From Cirrosporium novae-zelandiae (Eukaryota): 64,000 nt of DNA. The position numbers and the translations under genes were made by a program. The stretch is taken from the NCBI GenBank assembly GCA_026023565.1, contig JAPETS010000009.1, forward strand, positions 682,001 to 746,000, in the 5' to 3' direction. The first letter of the stretch is position 1, and the number at the start of each line of letters is the position of its first letter. Below are positions 51,495-63,642 of this stretch, piece after piece. The notes beneath the pieces were generated by a model that searched no databases, was not told the origin of the DNA, and saw only the letters and a program-made list of their open reading frames with translations.

Positions 51495-53467
51495 GTTTGT
51501 TATCAGTATGAGCGAGTGTAGGTTGGAGATTTATAACTTTTTTTTAAAGATCAAAGAAGGTGGTAAAATCGAAGCCTGCTCCGATGGTTTGTGATGTATA
51601 AACTCCAATGGAGAGAAAAAAGAATGAATCAATAAAGGGTATTCACAGTTGAAATATATAAGTCATCGCAAGGCAAACGTCTGCGAATCCTGGGTACTCC
51701 TGAACAACAAAGAATGGATGAGGAAACTATTGAAAGAAGGTGGACACCGACGTAAAGGTACTATTTATATTTTTTAGGACATAGCGACTCACAGTGAGAC
51801 GGAATGATCGAACCGTTGGTGGATCTAAGCGGACGATATACTCGAACAAGGATCTCAGAACAACCGATGCGGAGTTGGAGCGACAGGATGAAACGATGGA
51901 CAGGGGGGAGAACACGCACAACACGTTAAACCATTGAACCATTCAACATGTTCTTTTAGAACTGATGATCGGATTGGAGGCATTATTGGAACATGAGACG
52001 ACTTGGGACATCGGGAGGGAAGACCTTGGAACCCTTGGAGCCCTTTGGAGAGGAGGAGAGAAGAAGGAGCTTGAGAGTTTTTGTTCTAGTCATCTCGAGT
52101 ATAGTTAGGTTGAACATGGTCAAACATGGGTCAAGTTTCTTATGTTTCTCTGTTTCGATGATTTGATAATTTTGGGATGTTTTCTGGTTTGTTTTCTTCT
52201 TCTTTTTCTTTTCTGTTCTTTTCTTTCTCTGGTGTTACCTAGTGGTTTAGTTGTTGTTGATTAGGTAGTTGTTCCTTTTTTCCCCCACATCCAGGAAAGT
52301 GAGTTAACAAGGTCAACGGAGAATTAATTAATTACCGGTACAGGTACAGTATTAGAGATTACCACATTAAGCCTTTTTCTTGTTTTTTTCAACTTTTCAA
52401 GACCCGACAACCAGATCTGCCGAAGATGACGAATCCAGGTGTTTCTCGTTACCATGTCCATTCTGGGTATCCTGGGTATTCTGGGTATTCTAGGTATTCT
52501 GTATCCTGTACGTGGTATCCTGTATCCTGCTTAACGACCAAAAATTCAATAGCATAGAATTTAAACAATTCAAATAAATAACAATAATGAATAGCTGGGA
52601 ATACTATAATTTAGATCCTAAACGCCCTCAACTTTTGGACAATTAGTTTGTTCATTGTGGACTGACAAAGGAGGCCAACGGATTGTTGATCGAAGACGGT
52701 TCCTGCATCAGTTGCAACCCTTTGATCTCAGCGGTTGAAAGAGGATGGAGCAAATAATCTCCCTCATATAAAGTGGATGTGTTAAGGCCGTTTCAAGCAT
52801 GCCAAGCCTTTTTTCTTGAGCTTGTACTGGTTGGATGACCTTTGGGGTCTGACATTCTACGGCACTTGACGAGTACGAGAAGAAACGTCCCTTCACCGTT
52901 TCTAAGACTTTCCAACTGACTTGTACAGGACCACTGTAAAATAAAATAAAACAGGGTCTTTTTCGGGCCAAAAATACCGAAGGTCGGCACTTTCCGTTAC
53001 TTTCACCTGTCAGACAAAGTCAGAGACAGTCAGATAGTCAGACAGTCCCGAGTCGGACACAGCCACAACTCACCTACCAAGTAAAACCTAGAAAAGGGTG
53101 CTTGGACACCTTGACGCCTTAACCCCCTCCCCCGAATGCCCCGAGTGCCCTCAGTGCCTCGGTGCGCCTCAAAGCCTTGACCCCTTACTTAAATTACATC
53201 GACACCTCAGTCATCCACTTCCATTCATCCTCGCCAAATAAACGGAACATTCCATCATCAAACTCTTGGCAATCCCACCCTGCACACACCACACAGAGAA
53301 AATAGAAAATACCAAAAAAATAATTGAAACCACCACCGATATCTCAAACGTCGTCACTCGCATCACATTCATCAAGCAATCTTCCCTTAACCCACAGTCC
53401 AACACCTCCTTCATTTCATATTCTTCACATAGACAAAAAAAATTAAAGAAATCTAACCCTCTCAAAC

Positions 53468-53943
53468 ATGGATGCCGGTAAGGCCCTTCTTTCTATCTAT
53501 TTCTATACAATCAGTAATTAACCTCTTCTCTCTCGTAACAGCCGCAAAACAACCCGTCAAGGTAACCTTCCAATCCGCCCCCAATCCAAAAACAAAAATA
53601 ACCAACCAAAAAATAAAAATGAAACAAATACCAATTTCTAACCCTTTCCTATAGCTGGTCAAAGTAACCAAAGTCCTCGGTCGCACTGGCAGCAGAGGAG
53701 GTGTCACCCAAGTTCGAGTTGAATTTATGGATGATCAGACTAGATCTATTATTCGTGTAAGGATGAAGCCCTCCAAAAAGAAAAGAAGAGGAGGAGGAAA
53801 AGGATTCATGGATGGATATATGAATAAAATGGATGAGTGACTAATATGAAACAAAAAAAAAATAGAACGTCAAAGGCCCCGTCCGTGAAGACGACATCCT
53901 CTGCCTCCTCGAATCCGAACGTGAAGCCAGAAGATTGAGGTAG
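53468..53943 (+). CDS. RPS28: 40S ribosomal protein S28 (eS28), 69 aa, 4 exons
   Basis: Exons 53468-53477, 53542-53561, 53655-53756, 53866-53943 translate [69 protein letters not shown]. Not in the ORF track. Confidence 0.97.
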
Positions 53944-54399
53944 AAGAAAAGAAAACGAAAACGAAAATGTATCCCGCTTACATATCGGACTTACCATGAG
54001 GTGGTGTGGGGGATCACGTTTACGATGAAGATGTTTTTTTTTTATTTGGTTGGCTGGCTAGCCAGGCATGTTTCGTCGTTCGAAGAAAGGGTGACGATAA
54101 CCAAAGATGAACGGATGGGAAAGAAAGATAATGGGCAATCAAATCGAAAACATGCTTGGTTAGAGGGAAAGGGGAGTGGTTCTTCTATCTATGATGGATG
54201 GAATAAATGAGAATTCGCTTATGAACATTATCGCTTGCTTGGAATGGAAGAAGTGATTTGCGAATTCTCTGTTACAAAAATAAAGAAAGTAGAAAATGCT
54301 TGCTTGCTTTCTTGGTAATACCAAGACCAGATCATTTAAACTCTCGCAGATTCTACAAACCCCTCATGTATTTCTTAAATTTTTAAATTATCCCCAAGG

Positions 54400-56753
54400 C
54401 TAAACGCTAACCACAACACTCGCACTCCCTCTCAAGTCCCGACTCGAAGCCCCTACCGAAAATGTATAAGTGCCTCCTACGATCATCCACTCCTGTGCGC
54501 TTACGTCCCAAGCACTGAGATCCCTTCTTCTGAGTTCAAATGCTACAGTCGTTGTCTCTCCGGGTTCTAAATACACCCTTTCGAAGCCCCTTAGCTGTCG
54601 GATCGGTTGGGATGCTGCATCGGGGTACGTGATGTAGAGTTGGGGAACCTCGTGTCCAGCAAGAGAACCGTTGTTGGTGACGGGGACAGTAACAGTGAGA
54701 AGAATGTCCCAAAGATCTTCACGGCCACCAACCGAGATTTTACCGCTAGCGTAGCTGGAGACTGTGATTGAACTTGTAGAGGAGCTGGAGTCTGATACCG
54801 TCACATCACCATAATTGAACGTGGTATACGAGAGCCCGTAACCGAATGCATAGCGCGGCGTAATATCTTCCTTGTCGAACCATTTGTAATCGATATAAAC
54901 GCCCTCGGTGAAATTACATTCAGCTGTGTAGCAGATCTTAACTGGGTAATCATCCTCGTTCTTTGCGATGGTGTAGGGAAGGCGTCCTGACGGATTCACG
55001 TCTCCGTATAAAACGTCCGTGATGGAATGACCTGATTCCTGACCCAGAAGCGAGGAATAGAGGACAGCGGTGACGTTCTCGTGATCGATCCATGCTTCGA
55101 GGATGCGGGCAGCGACTGTATTAATGACGACGATGGTGTTGCTGCAGTTACCAGCAACTTCGGTGACGAGGTTGTCTTGGTCGACGTTATAAAGCTCGGT
55201 TCTGTCGGTGCCCTCGCCCGCGAGAGCATTGAGAAAGACGATGCATGCATCGGAATTTGGGGCATAGTTGTCAATGGATGGGTTGACGGCGGTGCCACTT
55301 TGGAGAGCCATGAGTGCTGTAATACTCAAGGTTGAAGGAATGTATGTGTCGTTGAGAATCCAGCGAATCATTGTACCATCTTCAATGGCCCTTTCTGTCA
55401 GGGCTTGCTGGGGTGTAACGAGATAGGGCAGACTGGCCTCTGCACTCCCACTGCCCGTGGCCAGGTGGCCTTGATATATAGGTCCCGAACCTATGATAGT
55501 GAACCCTTGATTTGGTCCGCCAATTGCTGGCCCTGCATGTGCGCCGAATATACTCATTTGATCAAGATCTTTGAGGGGGAGGGCATTATTCTTATTTTTG
55601 AGAAGGATCATAGAAGCAGCACCTGTGGAACGGATGATCTTGCTGTGGCCTGCACGAACGTCACGGAAACTGGTGGTAGAGGCGAGCGAGGGCTGGTTGC
55701 CATCGTCGAGACCTACATAAAAGTATCCAATGACGTTGCGAACGGCCATATCATCAAGACGACCTTGAGTGAACCCATTTTCCCCAATCGATTCAAGCAG
55801 AGATGTATCGTTCCATAGATCTGCATCTCCATAATCCAGCCCATTGATAGCGGATTTTAACCCCGATTTTTGAGCATTGAAATCTGCGTACACCATACCC
55901 GGGAACCCAAGTTCGGTTTTTAGAATACTATTAAGGAGATCATTATTCTCGCACGAATCAGTACCGTTGACTTTGGTCATGGCGCACATGACGGCGCTAA
56001 GACCGGCCTTTACGCCATCATAAAAGGGCCAAAGGTAGGTTTCGTGAAGGGTCTTGTCATCGACATTACTAGAATAGACGGTGGTGGTTGTGGTACTTGT
56101 GTCTGTAGTGCGATTTGTTTCTTGTTCGTTGAGGAGGAAATGCTTCCCTCCAGGGATAACACCTGCATCCGTAAAGGCCTTTACACCTACTCCAAAGGCA
56201 ATTCCGTTCAGATAGCAATCCTGACCTAAGCCCTCGACTAATCTGCCACTCCAAGGTGTCCTTCCTAACACCTCGCTAGTAGGTCCATTAATAACCTGAA
56301 ATCCTTTGAGATAGAACTCGGTTCCAACTGCATAAAGCTGTTCATATATTAGATCTTTATCCCATGTCATTGCCAAAGCGCTCGGGTCACTGAATCCAGA
56401 TACTGCATAATACTTCTGGACACCTTCAGTGCCATCTCCGAAATTAAGAGCTTCAAAGGTGACACTGGAGGAATTAATACTCGAGCCGGTTATGAGGGAA
56501 AGTTTTTCTTCATTGGTTAATTGGGAAACGAAAGCAGCGGCCTTAAGGAATGCGATCGACCAGTCAACGGTGGTGGCTCGAGTTATAAGTTAGTGAAGTG
56601 CCGTCTTGAGGATCATGATCTCTACTTACCACCACTGTCGGTACTGGATGACCCGTCCGAAGTACCATCTCCAGGATGCGACGAAGAGGAAGACGATGAA
56701 CCAAAGATATTCAAAATAGCTGTAACGATAGTGGGAAGACTGGAAAGTTGCAT
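54400..56753 (-). CDS. GH3 beta-glucosidase (BglD-like), probably secreted (~766 aa, 2 exons)
   Basis: ATG 56753, intron 56629-56577; LTNEEK, GRTPWSGRLVEG, KHFLLNEQETNR, ETYLWPFYD, LKTELGFPG, LLKN, GEGTDR, NPSGRLPYT, FGYGLSYTTF, and a C-terminal Fn3-like EVPQLY/LRGFERV region. Confidence 0.92.
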
Positions 56754-57293
56754 ATTGACAGTTTATGGCAACAAATTATAACGAATGACCACAAGTGGGA
56801 GAATTAGACAGTAAGTGGATCTACAATCAGATTTCCAGATCTGATGTCCATAGCGGGAGAATAAAAAAGAAAAGGAATTTTATGATAATTGCGAAAGTTA
56901 TGAGAACAGCTGAGAGGTCTTAGAAAATTCAAAGTTTCCAAGGTTCCAATTTGTTTCAACCATGAGCTGGCTGTCGGAAGATTGTCAATAGTGTCAAGTC
57001 AGGACTCAGTAGTGTCCAAGACGATTTCTTTTGTTGGCGTCTGGACCGAGGAGAGCCATCTAGACATTCATGGATTCATGGATTCATGGAATTATCTATC
57101 GAGATATAATAACTCCACATTATGAAGATTGGGAGATTGATTGTTGTCCACTTGAGGTGGGGGGGTGGGATATTCAGTAGATCGTTGGGTAGATCAAAGG
57201 TGGATGTTCTTCATGTGGTCAATACTCACTCTGTTCTCTGACAAGTACTTTGTTTGTACCTTGGTTGTTAATTACTTAATCAAGCGAAAGACT

Positions 57294-57328
57294 CGGCTAG
57301 ACTGTATCGGTTAATTCGTTTTAACCGA
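57294..57328. promoter_or_regulatory. Cluster of XlnR/Xyr1-like sites upstream of the GH3 gene
   Basis: CGGCTAG at 57294-57300 and inverted pair TCGGTTAA-N6-TTAACCGA at 57307-57328, ~550 bp upstream of ATG 56753. Confidence 0.45.
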
Positions 57329-57503
57329 CCGCACTCTTACAAGCATCACCCTCGCAATATAAAACCGTCATCGTACCACATTGCCCATTACGGTCGCCCT
57401 CCCGCTTTCTGTATCATAGGGCAGTAAGATCTCTTCAGCTCCTTTGAGCATTGCCGTCTAATCGATTCTAGAACTTGATACTACTATGAAAAAGGAATAT
57501 GGG

Positions 57504-57563
57504 TTGAAGTTGTTGAAGTTATTGAAGTTATTGAAGTAATTGAAGTTATTGAAACTATTGAAG
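57504..57563. repeat. 9-bp tandem repeat (TTGAAGTTA) about x6
   Basis: TTGAAGTTG TTGAAGTTA TTGAAGTTA TTGAAGTAA TTGAAGTTA TTGAAACTA. Confidence 0.85.
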
Positions 57564-59031
57564 CTTTCACCGCTCGCCGGAAATTCGTTTGAGCGGCGAT
57601 GCTGCTGTTTGTAAAATTCATGTGAATCTTGAATAGTAATTAACAATGATGGGAAACAATTGATGGAAGAAATGTATAATATAAAATATCCAACTTCTGT
57701 GGGTCGGTTTGATTATTTTTGATGTCTTGGTGTATCCTTGGTCAAATAAGTAGAAGTCTATTAAATATTACCATCATATAAAAAAAATCCAGATATCTCA
57801 AATAATAATAACGTTAACTTCTTGCTTCATCAGTCACAGGGTTAATTCTAGCTGTTCAAACTAAATTATATCATTCTTCAATATGAAAAACTTCCCGTCT
57901 TCCAAACACCTTGCAGAGTCTCTCGATTGACAATCACATTGACCGACCAGAAATAACCCTACCACTTTATCCAGGTATAGCTGTAGAGCAAGTTTCTTCC
58001 AAGTCCAGGGTTTACTTTCCTTGCAGCAACATAGCCATCTCCATTCAACTAACTTTAAGACATTCAGCTACCCTGGATTGTCTCTTTAGCTATCACTAGC
58101 TTTGATATAAAGTGAACCTAGAGATAAATCTCTCACGCCATAGCAAACGTGTCAGCGGGTAAGAAGAATGCTGTGGTCACCATATGCTATCCTGCATGAT
58201 CAATTTCACAACAAACTATCCATAATTCCTACTCCGTAATCCCAATGAGAGAGAAGAAAATGAAAAATGTCTTCTTAAAATTAACCCAAGGTAGCCAAGG
58301 TATAATAGATATTTTGAAGATATATATTCTAGTGTTTTTTAAAGCAGAGCTATAGTAGAGACTTGGTTACTAGGTCGTATTTGCTAAAATGTTGTTTTTG
58401 CTGGAGTAATTGTATGTGTATTAATAATTATGAAGTTGAAAGTGAAATAAATAAATAGAAAATAGAAAATAGAAAATCATAGAAGTCTAGACGGTACAGT
58501 ACAACATCAGCTCCAAGTGTCTTGGGTTGGCTATACTAATTAACCCTAGAGAAGAAGAAATACTTATAAAACAAAAGAGTAAGAAAAAAGAAGAGACTAA
58601 TCTTTATATGAGGTGTTGCCAGCTCCAGAATTCGTATAAAATACTTGGTACCTGGAATTATATCGGAGTGACGTCGGAGCTCAGTTCTCCCAAAACCTTA
58701 TCTTAGCTTGCCAATGTTTATTACTTTCTTACTTTCCACCAGAACAAATCCACACTTCAACCATCACTTGTCCTCAGTTAGGTCTGAGATGGTTTTTTCA
58801 ATTTTCGATCAATAAATTACTCTATCAAAGTACGCATCGAAGGACTCCATTTACCTATCCACAAAAACTTCAAACCTCTCTACTTTACATTCTTTCCCGA
58901 TAAATATCCACCAAGTTTACTTGAGTACACAACCAACAGCTCCAGCAACCCCAAACCTCCACCACAATTTTACCCTCACAATTATATAAACCTAGCTCTC
59001 TAAACCTTCCTTTATACCCCACTACATAACC

Positions 59032-59673
59032 ATGTCCTCCAAAAAGAACGCCTACAACAGCACCACGAGCGACACCTCCTTCCGTCGCACGTGGGACAAA
59101 TCTGAATACGCCGCCAAAGCCGCCACAAACGAAGCCAAATCCCGCGAAGAATCCAAAGCGCGCTACGAAGCCAAACTCGCCGGCCACAAATACATCCCCC
59201 GCCCCTCCACCCCCCCCGACGCCAAAGAAACCGCCGCACGTGCCCGAAGACTCGATGTCAGTGCAAATGTAGGCAAGACGATGCTGGTGCCTGCGGGCGC
59301 GGCCATCGGCAAGAGGGGCAAGGGCGCCGGATTCTACTGCGCGGATTGCGACTTGACGTTTAAGGATAATTTGCAATTTGTGGACCATTTAAATTCGAGG
59401 CAGCATCTGGTGGCGACGGGGCAGACGGGGGATGTGAGGAGAGCCACGCTGGAGGATGTGAGGGAGCGGCTGAGGTGGTTGAAGGCGAAGAGGGAGGAGG
59501 AGGAGAGGGAGAAGGAGGGCGTGGATTTGCAGGAACGGTTGAAGAGACGGATCGAGGATGAGGAGAGGGAAAGGGAGGAACGGAGGGAGAAGAGGAGGGA
59601 AAAACGGAGGAGGGCTAAGGAAGAGAAGGGGGTGAAGGTGGAAGAGGAAATTAGAGGTGGCATTATTTGCTGA
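59032..59673 (+). CDS. SNU23: U4/U6.U5 tri-snRNP zinc-finger protein Snu23/ZMAT2 (213 aa)
   Basis: FRRTWD N-terminal motif, GFYCADCDLTFKDNLQFVDHLNSRQH matrin-type C2H2 finger, ATLEDVRERL, charged coiled-coil tail. Confidence 0.9.
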   Translation: MSSKKNAYNSTTSDTSFRRTWDKSEYAAKAATNEAKSREESKARYEAKLAGHKYIPRPSTPPDAKETAARARRLDVSANVGKTMLVPAGAAIGKRGKGAGFYCADCDLTFKDNLQFVDHLNSRQHLVATGQTGDVRRATLEDVRERLRWLKAKREEEEREKEGVDLQERLKRRIEDEEREREERREKRREKRRRAKEEKGVKVEEEIRGGIIC

Positions 59674-60256
59674 GGGCTGCTCTGGACATGTTTTTGGAAC
59701 TCATTGGGCGTGGATTCAAAGAATACAGCTAAAAACTGGGACCAGGAAGGACATATTTTGCTTCCAGCATTTACGGGCGTTATAGATGTACTGTACAAAC
59801 ATGATACAGAGATAGGACTGTGATTCTATGGAACAGACAACTATCGACACACTACATGACATAATAATCATTTTTGTGCTAGAAAAGTTTGTGAGATAAA
59901 TGGACAAGATTAGAAACCAACCATTAATAGATAATCTCTAAAGGGGTGGGTAGCACATTATGTATGATCTAAGCATACTACAGGTAGTAATAGAAATCTA
60001 ATCCTGAGCGCCCCCCTTCTTCCAAACCATGGTATATGTACATGTGCAAATATCCCACCTATATTGTAATGTTATCAGCTGAGGACGTTTCCCATAACCT
60101 ATGCATAATTAACCCCCCAACTGTAATCCAGTCATAAAAGGTCGACCAGTAATAAAAAATCCCATATTTGAATGAGATCGATCCAACACCTCTTTTTTTC
60201 CCCGTAAAATAAAACGCCATCGCTTGTAAAACATTCCCGGAATCAGGGCCACACTA

Positions 60257-61219
60257 CTAGAAGAAACACAACGGAATCCTCTGTAACCTCTTACTAAAAT
60301 TCGTCATCGCTTTACCCTTATACCCTTTATGCTGCAACCTTCTAAAAGCCTCCTGAATATTTTTTGGTTCGATGGGAGTTCTCCCTTCTTCGGGACCATC
60401 AAACAACCCTTGCTCCCTCTTGCGTTTCTTGCTGTTCTGGTCACTTCCGAATTTGTTTTTGTAAGAGTCTTCGGCCTCTTTGACCTTCAGAGCTTCCTCA
60501 GTGAGGGTCTGAACCATCTCGAATGTGAGGAAGCCGAGGATGTCGATGATGTCGTCGTTGGGTTTTGCGTCGGTGACGATGCCGAAGCCGGCCCATTCGC
60601 GGAAGCGCTTGCCCTTGCGGAAGGTGAAGGATGCTTGGCGGCAGTCGGACCAGTGGACGTATTCTTCGCGGGTCATGCTCTTGGTACGCTCGTCTGCGTT
60701 CTTGAGGCGTTGGAGCGTGGCGTAATTCATTTCCTCTTCTTCTTCATCTTCTTCGTCTTCTCGTTCGGGTACTTGCTCGCTGTAGTAACTTGAGACATCC
60801 CATGGTAGTCCCACTTTCGCTTTTTTGTTTTTCTTTGCGGCATCCCCCACGGGGCCCCCTCCCCCTACAACCCCGACCGCAAGAGTATCGTCGCCGGCAC
60901 CGAAGTCTGCAGCATCTCCACCACCCTTGTCGTCCGAATCCTTGACGTTTTTGCGTACATCTTTCCAGGATAAGAAAGTTCGCAGGCGAGAGACCTTGGC
61001 TTTGTCGTGGCGGATGAGGAAAATAAGATCATCTGTGGAGATGGAGCGTACGCCTCGGCGCGCAGCTACGGCGGTACATTGGTAAAGCATTTCGATAACT
61101 TGTTGTCGAACAATCTCCTCGATGATACTGGTTGTTTCGACGGATGGTTCCGACGTCTCTCCAGAGACGAACATCATCTGCTGGATTTCCTGACGGTACT
61201 TTGATTGTTTGTCCGCCAT
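60257..61219 (-). CDS. SPT3: SAGA complex subunit Spt3 (320 aa)
   Basis: [75 protein letters not shown]. Confidence 0.95.
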   Translation of the reverse strand: MADKQSKYRQEIQQMMFVSGETSEPSVETTSIIEEIVRQQVIEMLYQCTAVAARRGVRSISTDDLIFLIRHDKAKVSRLRTFLSWKDVRKNVKDSDDKGGGDAADFGAGDDTLAVGVVGGGGPVGDAAKKNKKAKVGLPWDVSSYYSEQVPEREDEEDEEEEEMNYATLQRLKNADERTKSMTREEYVHWSDCRQASFTFRKGKRFREWAGFGIVTDAKPNDDIIDILGFLTFEMVQTLTEEALKVKEAEDSYKNKFGSDQNSKKRKREQGLFDGPEEGRTPIEPKNIQEAFRRLQHKGYKGKAMTNFSKRLQRIPLCFF

Positions 61220-61587
61220 ATTTGCGACTGGAGGATATCACGAAGTTTTGGAAATTTTGGTGGGTAATTTTGGGATTTGCGACGGGTGTTGGGTTCGTGA
61301 GGTCTCCAAGAGAATGACTCGATCGTCAGCAGTCTGCAAGTGAACATGGAGATGAATGGGGTTGGGAGTTATTGTGAAGGTAGCTATCCATGCTACTTCG
61401 CTTCCCGAAGGGCCAATCAAAGCTCAGTTCCATCGTTCATTGATTATTGTTAAGCTAGCTTGCGGGAGCGGCTAGTAAGCGCGAACTGTACAACGTACAG
61501 CGGTAGCGATAACACGATAGTAGCGGGGCCACCCACATTTTATTTTCTTCTCAACAACGGAAATTTAACAAGCACCACAACATCACA

Positions 61588-62594
61588 ATGCTCTTCCTGG
61601 TTGGTCTCGGGCTTGCCGACGAGACGGATATTACAGTCAAAGGACTGGATGTTGTAAAATGTGCTTCACGGGTCTACTTGGAAGCATATACTAGTATATT
61701 GCTAGTGGAGAAGGAGAAGCTGGTATGTATAATTTAATATTTACATATATTTTTGCTTCAGATTTACGGCTCATGGCTGATCATTTTTTGCCTTCACTAG
61801 TAGGAAGCCTACTATGGCCGTCCCGTAATTATTGCCGACCGAGAAATGGTCGAGTCTTCAAGTGATGAGATTCTTGCAGATGCCGACAAAGTAGATGTTG
61901 CATTCCTTGTGGTTGGAGATCCTTTCGGGTAAGAACTAAATATAGAGAATGAAAATATAACAAATTAACACTCTTCTCAAGGGCGACAACCCACACCGAT
62001 CTCGTCATCCGCGCTCGTGAACTAAAAATTCCTACCCAATCAATCCCCAATGCATCTATCATGTCTGCCATCGGTTGCACAGGCCTCCAGCTATATAATT
62101 TCGGGCAAACAGTGAGCATGGTATTCTTCCTTGATAACTGGAAACCATCTTCCTTCTACGATCGCATCAAAGAAAACACACAAATAGGACTACACACACT
62201 GGTACTACTGGATATCAAGGTAAAGGAACAATCATTAGAGAATATGGCTCGAGGCCGTAAGGTTTACGAACCCCCACGATATATGACTGTTGCACAATGC
62301 GCGCAGCAGATGCTGGAGACAGAGGAAACAAGAAAGGAAGACGTTTATGGACCTGAAAGTCTAGCGGTAGGAGTTGCACGAGTGGGATCGAAAGACCAGA
62401 AGATGGCAGCGGGAACACTCGCACAACTGGCAGAATCAGACCTCGGAAAACCATTACACAGTCTAGTGCTGTTGGGTAAGAGGACGCATGACTTGGAAAG
62501 AGAGTTTATTCAAGAATTTGCTATTGATAAGGAGATATTTGCCAATATCTGGAAGAGGGACTATGCCGAAAACCATAATACAAAAACGAAATGA
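61588..62594 (+). CDS. DPH5: Diphthine methyl ester synthase (~290 aa, 3 exons)
   Basis: [27 protein letters not shown]; introns 61723-61803 and 61929-61981; [48 protein letters not shown]. Confidence 0.96.
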
Positions 62595-62723
62595 GGCATG
62601 CAAAATCAAGTGTTCGTATTGATCTAGCTATGCTTCATAAAATTCATAAAAAATGACAAGTCTGAACAAGATTGGGTTGAACTGGGTTCTTTTAGGCATA
62701 CACCATTGTTCATATCGTGACAA

Positions 62724-63642
62724 TCACCCACGGTGTGTTGCGCGCCCTATCATATCATCAGGTCAGATAAAGGCTCTCACCACCTTGGGGAAAAACCTAG
62801 AAATAAATCTCCTCATTGACCCAGGAAGACCTACATTGCTCCAGCTCCTGCGTACTAATCTCTCTCAGCTTGTTTATTGCTGGGGCTTCGCCTGTGACGA
62901 CCCCCTTCACGATTTCCACACCCTTTCCTACAGCTGATTTCCTACTGACTGCATACGTTACCGTCACAGCCTCGACCCTAATCACACCAATTCTCGGATC
63001 CTCGGGGCCACCGTCATGAGTCCCATCACCAAGATCACTTATCCAGGCTTTGAGGGCTGGAGAGTAGTATTTTTTGATGGTGTCACAGTCGGTAAGAATG
63101 TTGGCGTGACCGGAGATGGAAGCCCATTCACCGGTGTTGGTGTTTAGAAATGCAATATTGATACAAGGATCAGAGACAAGATCAGAGGTTTTGCCCGATT
63201 CAGTGTTTGTGTGGAAGAGGAGGTCGATACCACCGGATTCCTGGTATGTGATGTCAGAAAGAGTATCTAAAACACTTCAAGATATTGAAATATCAAGGTG
63301 ACCATCGTAAGGTTATAGAAAGCCTTCTTGCTTTGCTCATCGTTCCAACTTTAAAGGACATAGAACATGTTTCGAGAGACCACTAATTACAACTAATAAA
63401 TTCAGACGAACAGATAATCAAGAAATATTACGAACCTGGGCCGCTAAACCCATGCATCTTGACACCAGCAATCCCGAGCTCGCAATCCTTGTCGTCATCA
63501 TAGCGAACTTAACACCGGATATAAAATGAGAAAGATCCTCGACCTTCTCGCTGAGTGAAGGCTCATCGATGTTTTTAGCCTTGTAAGGATCTGCAGGCTT
63601 GGAACCTGTGTCGGCGTTGCTAAACCCGGCTTGAACAGACAT
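62724..63642 (-). CDS. bli-3: Blue-light-inducible protein Bli-3 (pyridoxamine-oxidase-like split barrel / general stress protein), ~211 aa, 3 exons
   Basis: FSNADTGSKPADPYKAKN, KFAMMTTR, LVSRCM, GGIDLLFHTNTESGKT, WLGDLGDGTHDGGPEDPRIG; introns 63435-63241 and 62834-62747 (the second gives the end ...ELEQWRATHRG*). Confidence 0.88.

Noticed and set aside
63241..63435. Long bli-3 intron as a riboswitch, snoRNA or stwintron host
   Set aside because: No TPP aptamer core, convincing C/D box pair or nested splice signals seen.
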